From: Convolutriloba macropyga
Lineage: Eukaryota
NCBI RefSeq assembly: GCF_964194025.1
Contig: NC_134479.1
Location: forward strand, 34,596,001 to 34,660,000
DNA length: 64,000 bases
Reading direction: 5' to 3'
The notes beneath the pieces are model-generated. The model was not told the DNA's origin and did no database searches. It was given only the letters and a program-made list of their open reading frames with translations. A program made the translations under genes and the position numbers. Each line of letters begins with the position of its first letter. Within the stretch, counting starts at the first letter, position 1. Shown one piece after another: positions 14,001 to 26,000 of the stretch.

Positions 14001-17000
14001 TAATGGGTATATATACAGCTGATTTTTGAGTCCTTTTTCATCCCCAAATTCAAATCACCATCTTGATCTAATAATCAGATCTCTCCTGTAAATCTGTAAA
14101 TTCTACTGTAAAAAATCATTTTGTTATTCTCTCATTTTTGAGAAATTAATTCTTTTACTTAGTTAAAAACGCTTTTTATTCCGCTTGCGAAAGTCCATAA
14201 CCCAACACATCAGTTTTTTACATTTGCTGGATCTCATAAAATATGTAGAAGTTGAACGATTTGAACAATTACTTGAACAATACCCAGGTAAATTGTAGAA
14301 CTGTAGACTGTTAACATGGATAACATTTATAGTATGAAAGAATGGCTATAATGTAAAAAATCTTTCTTTATTGCAGCTTTATATAACCATTAATTAACAT
14401 TCGTTGCAACAAAACTCACGGAGCTGGTATGGTTCTACTTTTGAAAACCATAATTGAACCATAGTTGGGATCTTTTCCGTTTGTGCCCCGCCAGCGTAGA
14501 GGGTGGATATTATTTGCACCCCCAGACGCACGTCCCATATTTTTACAATGGTTATTTATGTACTTGCACGTGCTCAGTAACTGGGGGGGAGGGTCGCATA
14601 ACGCACTGGGGGGGGGGGGGGGGGGGAGGGGGAGGGGGGCACAGACGGAAGAGATCAGATCCCGAAGTTGATTAAATAAAGTTTCACAAGAACCACACTT
14701 TTACTGCTTTTTCTGAATTTCCCTCCGATAAGTTAGAAAAGAGTCAACGTGATGTTAAACTTGTAGCCACAAATCAAACTCTCAACAAGAAACTTCTAGA
14801 TGCGGTTAGGGTTGCACAGCTTAGTGTGTACTATGTGTACGAGTACATTTCAACACAGCCAGAAGAGTACTCGGAACTGTTCCGATCCATCGAGGAGATC
14901 TTTGCCATTGAGGGGAACCAACCTAAAGCACTCAAAGTTGCGTTACTACGAGAGGTGAAAAAGTTAGTGCTGATGATTACAATCATTTTTTTCGGTTCCC
15001 TTTTTCGAATTGCTCGTGATTTACTTCAATCAACTAGAAAAAATTGAATATAATCTCCCTCCCCTCCCCCTCCCCCAGCTTACTGGGCAGATATACATTT
15101 TACGCTTTTACGCCAACCAGGCGCACGTGGGCTATTTTTTTACATTGTAACGTGCTGAATCACAAAAACAAATAATTTTTAATTGTGGCATGAAACTCTG
15201 AGCGAGGGGGGCAGAATAGAGCCAGAAATTTACTTAATAAAATAATCGCTGAGATGGGTTGCACTTGTGAATTTAATAATTTGATATGTTTCAACCGGTT
15301 ATTAGGACTTTTTAACGTCATTACACGAAATAAAAAAGTGCCATTTGTACCTTAGCGTAATTTTAAAACGGGCACATGCAAGTTTTAACATTCCGAAATT
15401 CTGCAGTGCCAGAAGATAGAATGTCAGCAGTTCCTATGTACACACAAGAGTTGCATTCCATATCATTTCAAACACTCATTTGCACATTTTAAAATGCCGA
15501 TAGTCTGCAGTGCCAGAAGTTAAAATGCCAGAACTTGCTACTTAGCCAGAAGTTGACTTTTGTCATTTTAAAACGTGCGCGTTTCGTGTTTTAAGCATGG
15601 TTACGTGCCTCTGCAGATGTCACGTAACCAATACTTTGGCATTTACAAGTTGCCTGTTTCAAGCAAGCTAACATGGCTCTGCAGAAGTCACTTCAAAATT
15701 CTGGCTTAGCATCTCGAACTGTTGCGCGATTCTGGGCGAACGCCAGATTTTCTCGGTGACCACTTCAGAGTAACATATCCTAGGAGAAAAACTCATGGAA
15801 ACTCCCCTCCCCCTTGATTTTTAACGAGCTGCGCGTTTGGCCTTGCCTCACGGACCATGGCCATACCTTAGCGGGCCGTGGGAGTTGATATGAAACTATC
15901 ACAACCGAATAAAGTATCACAACCAAAATTCAATTTTAAATGGGGGTTTATTTCCTTGACCCAGCCATGCTTATCATAGAGTTGTTTTCTTTGATCACAA
16001 CAACTTTGCTTCCCTTAAGTTTGCAAAATCACTCCAAATATATTATGCAAAAAGCTTCTACATGGTACGTTTGTGAAGCGAATTATGTATACAGATATAG
16101 TTCCACTTGTCAAAGCAGAAATTAATTGTAACTTTTATCTTGCGCAGGTGTTTCAAGAAACAGAACTACAACCCAATTTGCAATGAGAACATCCCGCAGA
16201 CATTTCAGGTCCAGAATCTCTATACCTCGGAGACAGAGACAACCGAATCAGGTTTGTATTGCACTGCGTTTGTTCAAAAATATAAATTGTAAAACAACTA
16301 GAGTGCATTTTTAAAATTAAAAAAAACATTTGTTAAAATTTGTATATTTTTTTTTGTAATTTTCACGGTCGATTTTTAACCAAGATATAATAAATTGAAA
16401 TGCAGGAGAAAAAGCATTCTTTCCCAAAAATCTCAAATCTTTCATTCGTTTATTTAATTGAGGTGAATTTTTGAAGGGCAATCCACGTCAATTGCTATAA
16501 GAGTACACTCTACTTGTTAGACGTTGTAACTCATTGTAAAGGTCTTCTTCAGGAGTGTGGAATCAAGTCTGTTTTCCCCTTTAGGCGAAGCCTTGAAGAC
16601 TTGGCACGACAAGGGGAAAGTGACGGATCGCTATGTCCAGATCAACTCTATCAAATGGACTGGAAACCAGTACTTCAACCTCAAGAGCAACCAGAACAAA
16701 CCGGAACTCAAAATCACAATCGCCACCATCGAACCATTCCTCATATGGCGAGAACCTAACAGCGATAAAAGGCAAGCGAAATTGTATCTGTCCTGCCCCC
16801 CCCCCCAAACCCGAACTTATAATTTTTACCCCCCCCCCAGGCACATGCGCTATTTTTTACATAGTAATACGATATGTAACAACACATAGTTTGTAAGTGG
16901 GGCATAAAAAACACTGTGGGCCGAAACAGAATAGATTTGCATATTTTTAATGAATATAATTACTAAACGGCACCTTAATTATTAAAGGGCCACTTAAGGG

Positions 17001-20000
17001 CTCAATGGTTTAGCGTATTAGCCCCGTGTTACCTAAGATGCTGATAAAGCCAAACTAGAGTATGACAGAATAGCAAATAATGATAAATGATGCCTAATCT
17101 TGAAATGGAAATTTAGACTTTTATAAAGAAAAAAGTAACTTTTGAAATTACACTCATCTTTGGTCGGATATTCTCCCCCTCCGTCGCCCTGATTTGGCTC
17201 CAATTCCTTGCACCTCTAAATATTACGTAATTTCAAATAGAAACAATGTCAGTTTTTCATAGTTTTGCCACCAAAGTTATTCACAACTACACTTAGCCTT
17301 GTCTCGGCAGCTCAAATTTCAAAATAGAGAATTCAGAGAAAAATTCATGCTTTCTTGAAAAGAAAACAAAATTTTTATTATTATCTAACATGTTTCTTTA
17401 GCTGTGATTTTGGCCACGTGTGCTATCCCTACTTAAGAGGGGCAGACGTGAAGGACATTGACAAGCGCGTGGATGACATCATTCTCAACTTCACTGTGAC
17501 TGAAGAAGACGTGAAATGTTGCGATGGGCTGGAGGTTGAACTCATTGACAGGTTGCGTACTGAGATCGACTGAGGAAAAAAATCAATCCCAGTTCTTTAA
17601 GAATACATATGCCTAGGAATTTCAGCATACTCCCGGGACATCACGTGATTTTACGTTGTGTCCTGAAGTTCCTGATAATTTTCATATACTTTCCCCATTA
17701 TTCCATTAATTTTCGTAAATCTCGAGATAGCTTCTCGTAAATCCTGTCGAGAAATTCCCAACAATTATCCAGAGTTTTAATCCACGAAACGATGGAAATC
17801 TAACCAACGAACATGCCATGAAAATGCTATCTATAATCTAAATGCCATCTATGTTTCTCTGTCATTTTTATCGAAGATTTAATGCGGAAACATTTTTGAG
17901 GTATTTGTGACATTCGAATGCTGTATGTTGCCGTCTCCAAAGCTAATTTTGCTTTTGTTTTGTTGCAGTTTTCAAAACTCGCATCTTTGGGTTCAATTTT
18001 TTTTACCTAGCGTCAGTCAAGATTCACTCAACTAAAGCTATAACTTGTGATCTTCTTGAGGCAGATGACATTTCAAGCTTGTCAGATTTTGAGTAGCATT
18101 CTATCAACATATACAAGCGTCTCTATTGCAGCAATGCGTGGATCAGCCACCTGTCAGTTGACCTTGATTAGTTCACCCATCCTCCGTTTTAACCCAACTT
18201 CAGTTCGTTATGTAAATGGTGTAACGTAAATATCTTAAAATGAGGAATATGTAGGGTTTGGGCAAAAAGTCTAGAGATAAATCCTCAAAAATAGATTTGC
18301 TTGCTCTCCAAAACTGTTGCCTTAAACATTATGTATACGTAAGGATACAGGAAAGCTTTTGGGGTGAAAATTTTGAGAGGTGAAATGATAGAGAAATGTT
18401 GAAATGAGAGAGAAATGTTGATAGGTGAGATGATGTTGAAATACGGCGGTTAAAAGTTAAATGAATGGTGGTTGAAAAGAAGTATTACCAAGCCATTGAC
18501 TGCCTGTTATTTATAAGGAAAATGTAAAAATTAATAACCAATTTTTTAATAAGGAGTTGAATGTACCGGCTCTTTTTTATTTAATCAACGGACTATTCCA
18601 CAATCATTTTTGCCATGTTTGAGTAATTAGACATGAGATTTTTTGTTTCTCGTCACAATGATTCCACCCCAATCAAAATTCCCATTTGTTGCAATACAAA
18701 TGTCTTTCTACGATTCGACGAGGAGTATTGGTATTCTACCGGTTTTTTTAAGCTGAACCATGTTTGCTAATGACTTGAACTTGGACTTTGATCCCACTAC
18801 AGTCATAACAATCCCTCGTTTTAGCAAAGTACCGAAGCCCCGCCCCCGCACCTACCTACCTAACTCCGGCCCCCAGTTACTTACACTTCCCTCACTCCCA
18901 CCTACTTAACGCCCTTCCTGAGACTCTCTACGCAGCCCTCTACCTAGTCCCCAACTAGCAAAGCTCCCCAACAGCCCCCGCCCCCACGTACCCACACCCA
19001 CCTCACAACTGAAATTTGTGTCTTAAGTTTTTTCTAAATTAATATATTTTTTGTCGTTTTATTAGACAATTGACTCTTGATTGTGTTATTTTTATTTGTT
19101 CTTTGAAATTCTGATTTAGGTGAAGTTAGTTAAGAGCTTTTTGCACGACTCTTTGAGTCGTTTCCGGTTTATTCTGTTCCCACTTTTCTTTTTACAATAT
19201 TGATGCAAGTGAGAATTCAACTTGGAGTGGTGGTTTCAGTCATGCAAGAACAGTCAGGGGAGCGTCAAAGCGAGTGCACGTGTTTTTCTTCTTGTTGTCC
19301 TGTCACCTGCCGTCATCGCCATTCTTGAAGGAAACCATTGCCTTTTTGTTCAAAACGAAGCAAGTCTAATTTTTGTTTTTTTACTAGGTTTCAGTTTTTA
19401 TGATTTAAAGACTTAGTTTTATAAAAAATGTCGTGGAGTTTTTTATCCCACATATTGTTCTTGTTGTGTTATCATTTAGTGTCAATATCTCCAGGTCTCA
19501 TTAGTTTTTTAATGAAGGATATTAAGTAACCTATATACCGTTTTCAGATGGTTTTCTCTGTATTTTCTTCAAAATTTGGTGAATTTATGAGTTAATTTTG
19601 CCCTTATTGTTGAACTCTTTGCTGTCTTAAGACTTATCTCATTACTGAAAGTTTTCATTGCTTTTCTAATTAGGCATAATTGAAGATAATTTATGGTTTT
19701 GGTTGATTGTTTTGGGTTTTCAAATCACTATATGGTATGAGTTTTACCCACTCTTGTTGTTTTATGACTAACTCTCATTAAAGAAAATTTGCATCGGCTT
19801 TCAATTAAAACATAACTGTATTTTGGTTCTGATTTTGGCTTTTCGTTGATACTTTTCCGCTTTCACTGCTTGGAAAATTATCATTGGGTACTTTAAATCT
19901 GTCCGTTCTCGTTTATTGTTTTTGGTGTCTCATGATCTCAATAATAACAGGTCTCATCGGCCATCTAATCAGGAAAACTTTATTTTTTTGATTATTCTAG

Positions 20001-23000
20001 CACTTTAGCTAATTGACCAAGTCCAGCTATCTGTCTAAATCGTTTGCCTTTATCTAGTTCAACCTAATTGCCTTGCAAGATAATTTTTTAGTTCGTCATT
20101 TATTAATGGATAGCTTAGTGGAGCTTTTATTGGCCTCCTCTTCTTTTTTGCTTCGTTTAGTTTTCTTATAACTACAATATGACATCACGCTCACTTCAAA
20201 TCAGCTTTTGTTTATTCGTTCATGCAGTTAGAATAACTTTTTCAAAATGAATTTTCATCACTCTCATAATTGACTTGCTTTTTGAATTGGAGGTGTTAAG
20301 GTCATCTTGCTATCATAAGTTATTTGAGGGCAACTTAGCGTTACATAATTTTAATAAGTTGAAGTCACAAAAATTCATAGAAAATCTTTTTTTCATTTTT
20401 ATGTCACATTTCCAAGCTATTGCAGCTATTTTCTAGCAATCTGCCAGCTCTGCCCTTTAAATTATTCAGTGTCCAGATTGCAATTTCTAATAATGCAGGG
20501 GCACATTTACTGAGTGACCTCTGCTATTTGACTCTGCAGAGTTTTTATTTGGAATGGTTGAAATTGTGTGTTGACTGATAACAGAAGCCATCAATCGAGA
20601 ACCGCGTAGCCGCTCAAGATGTAAACCAGGATTTGGAATGGTTTTTAGCAGAGTCACGTAAGCTTGCTTAAAAGACGCGCTCTGCAAATTTTAAACTACC
20701 AGCTGTTTTGAAATCTTGCACTGTGTTTAGAACAAGCTGGCATTCTATGCTCTAGCACTTCAAATACGTCACATTTAAAAATTTGCACGTTGTTGTTTCA
20801 AGTGTGATAAGTGTTTCTGAAAGGGGGTCTTTCCCGTTACAGCCCCCCCCCCCCCCAGCTTAGTGGTCAGATACCCTATAGCCCCCCTCCCCAATCTTGG
20901 AAATTATACCATAATGGGGGGCTATAATTTCATGGGGGGGGGGGGGCTATAATGGGAAAGACCCTCTGAAAGTATGAATTTTTTTGGACGCTGACTTCGT
21001 TGTGGCTAATATGGTTAAACTCTTGGGCATAAGATGTAAGGAGTCCAATGAGTCATTCATTATCATTTCTATTGACTTGTATTGTGCAATGAATTTTAGT
21101 TCACTTGACTGCTGATTTTTTGTTTAACCTAAAGTCTGTCAAATAATTTGGGATCGTTTTTATCTTATGAAAATTCTGACTGCTGGGGATTTTGATAGCT
21201 AAAATTAAGGAAGAATGCCAAAAAAAAGTCGAGCGAAAATCCATTGAGAGCCATAGAGACCAAAAATGTTCTGTTTGTCGTTTACCCTGTCTACTTTGTA
21301 CGTGTATATCCACCCCTCCATGGAATCGCTGAAACGCGAAAAAAATTGTATAGAAAACTTGGCAACCATGGTAAGATCATGCAACGAAAATTTTGTATGG
21401 TGTGTATGGAACCATATAAGGCTCTTGGATATGGTTGCCAAGAAAGGTCAACACGGGCAACTAGTTTGTCCAAAAAATTGCGCAAAAACAAACGGGATAC
21501 ATAATTTATAAACTTGATTCTTATTTTCAGTTTATGCCGCTCTGTTGATAGTTGAAAGTATTATTTTGCAGACTTTGATGTTGTGTTTCAGGCTGAGCAA
21601 AGATCTGCAGTTCGAGTACATTCTCTACTTCGGAAACTTCCCTGCTGGTCTCGTAAAAAAGGGTACTGATACAGGTAATTTTTCACAAACAAAGATTTAA
21701 TTAAATTTTTAACAGTTGCTAGGAGTTTGGGTGAAACTTGCCCTGTACTGAATTCGAACGAACATCCTCTTACTTGCTTAATGTGCTACTCTTGTTCCCT
21801 GTTCACACAGCTAAATTAAATTACGAATTATCTTGTTGCTCCAACAATTTTTCAAAATCGGGGAATATTTACGCGAGGCCAGCTTTCTGTTTACGCACCG
21901 TGGCGAAAATGAGAAATATTTTGTAGACCTTAGAAGTTAGTTTTGACTTTAAAAAATTATAAATTAAAAATTTGATCGCAGTGTGAAAAAAGGGCGTTGT
22001 TTGAATAAGTGGACGGAAAGCAAGAGAAGGATGACCTTGAGGAGTAGGTGGGTGGTTGGGAGGGGTTGGGGGGTGTTGGTCAAATTTTTAAAATAATATA
22101 ATTGTTCAGAAACTGTTTTTAAGAAATTGTTGTTCGAAAGACATAAAAAAACAGAAAAAAAAACATTTGTATTTACTTTTCACGGCTTCTGTCTCTTCCT
22201 CTAAGTTACTTTTCTACATCGCTAATGTTTTGTAGTTCGATGGGTTTTAGATGTAAACCAAACTGAAAAATTTTATAAAACGTGGAAACTGAAAAAGTTT
22301 AAACAGAAGACGCTAAAATTTTATCAAAGGAAAAAGGAAACAAAAATAATTAATCTCCTTTTTTCTGTGAACTTTTAGACTGTTTTTTTTTCTAAATTTC
22401 AATTCTGTGATTTAACATCCCGAAAACAAATCCGAATGAAAACTGTGACATTTCTGATTACAATGAAAATAGAGAAAACAATTATTCTGTAGAACGAAGA
22501 AAAGACAAAACAAAAGTGAAATACATCGTTCATCTTTTTTTGCTGGCTTCTCTGGTTTCTGATAAATTTTATTTATGTGCAAAATATAACGTCTATTTCG
22601 TAGACTAATTGATTCAACGGAGTAAGTACAAGGATATCATTAGCATTACTATTTTCTTTAAGAAAGGTAGATAAGAAAAAAATTTTAAAGTATTTTTGCC
22701 AATTTCTGTGGCACATAAGCCAAAACTGAAAAGCTCATCCCATGGTTCACTTGAAGAATTATTTAGTTGAAGGTTCACAGAGCTTACCAAATACGGGATT
22801 ATTGAGCGCAGAATAACAAAAATTAGTTTTTAATTGCTCTTGAGAAGCAATTATTGTTAACGTGTGTGTCTTTTTTATGCAAAATTTTCGCTTAACCGTT
22901 TTTTGACTTTTCGAGTAACCTTTATGCCCTTGACTTTTTGCGTTTTACGTGATCTAAAATTCTCTCTCAATCGCAATTTTAAGCACCTGAACCCAATTGG

Positions 23001-26000
23001 CGAAAACTTAATACTAAAAGTCAAATGATTATTGCGCCAAAATTGGTGTCATTTTTCTCACTTTAAATCTTGATAATGGTATAAATTAACCTATTATGAG
23101 GTTATTTGAGGCCCCCTTCTGAATTTCTTAGTCCCATTCAGAAGGGGGCCTCAAATAACCTCATAATAGATTAAGCATACTCGGAGAACAGGAAAGCATA
23201 CTTTACTAAATATCTGCGCCAGTTCACAAAATACATTGTACCCTACCTGAAATTAATACAAAGCAAGACAAAGCGCAACATTTAACCCTAATTCTTTATT
23301 GTTTTTGTTAGCGTTTTTCAAGAAGAATTGTCAGCTGAATCTTGAATCAATATGATAGCAAAACACTTCATCTGTAGTTTAAACGGGGAAGAAAATTAGA
23401 AACGTGCAGAATCTATTTATAAAGGTGATCTCATTTTTTGATTTTTTTTCTGTTTTGAGTTCTTTAGTTAATCATTGTGACCGTTTCCCAGTCGCTTATT
23501 TATTAGCTATGTTAAACTTGTAAATTGATCGCTGCATTTTCTTGTTCAAATGACTGTGGATCTCCGAGTTGCGCCTTATCGTCTTGTTTAACTTTAAATT
23601 TCTGTGAAAAGCTATTTTATATTGCAAAATAATTGATATGTGTTCCCAATTTTGCTACTGAAAACAAAGGTGGAAACTTTTGAAAAATTTTAGACGTGTT
23701 TTGGAACATTTTGTGTTGAGCACAATCTCACACGAACCTTCTTGTTTTACATATTCTTGGTCTGTGTGAAGAGTTCGGGCTAATTTTTAATCTCTTGGTT
23801 GTGAGAACATTGTTCCCAAAATGTGCACAATATTCCCGCAATAACATTGGACAAGGCAACTGGTATCCGCGTATCAGTTGCAATGGGTTTATTGAACATT
23901 GAGCTCGATCTTGAAAATCTTCTAGTATTGAAATTTTCTGAACAAAAGCAAACCTTTTGAATTAAAATCATTCATGCACTGCAAATCGCAACCAATGAGA
24001 TTCTTGAACTTTTCAGCTGCCTCCGCAAGGATTGTACAAGTTTTAATTAATCCTGACATTCGTTCGTTCAAGATAATTTGGAAATGTACCCTTTCAGAAA
24101 ACAGTTTTTCAGAATCAATTTTACAGTGTCTTCATGTAGTTGGTCTTTCTTTGTTTTTACTAATGATCGCAATATTCATTCCTGATTCTGAACTCCTATA
24201 CAAGTCACCTTCTGAGTTCTTGCAAACATTTAGTAATCCGTTGCTTGCTATTAAGAATATTGATCTGTAAATTTATTTCCGACAATCTGTAACCTGATAA
24301 ATGAGCACATAATACTTTCAGCTCCTCAAAACACGACAACACCAGTGACAGCTTCACTGACGTCATCAGGGCTGCCTACGTCATCAGGGAGACAACAAGA
24401 CCCAATACAGTGGCAGGGGATGGTAGGGTCTGTCTATCACGGCCAGGCTGACTTGTCAATCGGATCCATTAGGTTAGGAAACTCGCCATGTTTCAAAAAC
24501 CTAGATATGTCTTTCAGTATTAAGTAAATATAAGTGATCATTGGATTATGAGCCTCCAAATTTTTGGGCTGATCAAGTTATTGTATTAGCTCTTACTGCT
24601 GCTTGAAACCATAGCATTGTTGTTGACCTTAAAAGTGGGACTATGGGGCTAAGGATTCGTGGAAGTTCTGTAATTGGGAAGAACCCTTTTTTTTAAATTA
24701 AAATTCTATCCGCCTCGACTCCCCCCTTCCCCCCCGATGAGCGTTGTTCTTTTTGACATCTTCGTTCAGTAAAATTGAACCCCCTTTTCCCGTTTAGTGT
24801 CCACGGAAATATTGCTCCTCCACACGAACATAACTACATAATAATTTGCTGTATAATGATATATTAACTCATATAGTTTGCATTAGGGTATACGAATAGG
24901 ATTGGTGGGTTGGAGGTCATTTTATCATTCAGTTTCAAAATGCCATATAATGCTTACCGTGTAACTATGCAATTTCTTCAAACATTTCTCGGTGAAGTAC
25001 GGGGCTGAAACAAAAAGGCATATTAAAATTCGAATTTTATTAAGCTACCAAATTATGCTACTTATTTCTATCATATTTGGAAAAGCACATATCTACCCCC
25101 GAAATCTTGATCCGTGAACTTTGATTTTCAAATGTTGTGGATTCTTTACATTATGTTTGATTGGTTGATTGAAGGGTATACTGCGAAGCAGGGTTGTGTT
25201 AATCTCATACCTATTCTGTTCGCTTAATTAGATGCAGTATTGTAAACTGGTTAATTTTTTGTTAATTGCTCTCAAACGAAGTTTGTAGCAATTATATTAG
25301 TCCTGTCGGTCTTTTTTTAATGCAATTTTTCGCTTGACCAATTTTTCGTCTGACGCTTTTGACTTTTCGTCCTCAAAAACGGGATAAACAGGTAGCGCCC
25401 AGAGGGCATTAAGTGCTCTTAGAGCCTTTCAGCTCTCTTTCAGCTCAAACTGTTTTGGAGACATACTTATGGTGTGAAGAGCGTTTCTTAGAGGTTGAAG
25501 ACCCCCCACTATTGCCCCCACCCCCACCGCGCTGTTGTCTCCCACCCGAGTGCCGAGGGTTGCCACCCCCATCAGCACCCCGGTGCAACTTTGCATTTTT
25601 TGGAACTTTGCATTTTTGCATTTTTTGGAAGAACTGGCAAATTTTTTCAAGGTTTTGAAAAATTTTGTCGTTTTTTTTAGGTTTTTCCAGCCTCAAGAGC
25701 CAATGAGCCTCCTCTAGGGTTTCATAATAGGTTGCTGTAAAGTTTCTAGACGTAATGGATTTTTTTTTCAAGATTTTAACTTCACGAATTTTAGCATTTT
25801 CTGAAAAAAATAGCATTTTTTAAATTTCTTTTACATTTATTGTAATTATTCAAGGTATTTCAGCCTCAGGGTTTAGAAAATGGTTTGATAATAGGTGGCT
25901 GCATTGTTTATAGTTGTATTGGAATGGTTTGTAACTTTTTAATATCACAAATTTTATCGATTTGTTTTATAAAACTTGCAATTTTTTCAAGTTTTTTGAC

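Larger units (their letters stand above)
8674..14207 (+). mobile_element. full-length Ty1/Copia LTR retrotransposon, inactivated
   Basis: LTRs 8674-9283 and 13599-14207 (TG…CA), TSD CATCA, PBS GGTTATGGGCCCAG, PPT GAGCGGGGG; gag-PR-IN-RT-RH order. Confidence 0.98.

Noticed and set aside
16998-17040. tRNA A-box-like ggctcaatggtttagcg
   Set aside because: No B box or cloverleaf; not called as tRNA or SINE
18040-20200. Coding-like decayed minus-strand segments
   Set aside because: Could not be assigned to any family without a search
23700-24280. Largely open minus-strand frame suggesting a decayed gene
   Set aside because: No recognisable motif; contains stops
25413-25816. Pro- or Gly-rich short ORFs
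   Set aside because: Arise from C-rich low-complexity repeat sequence
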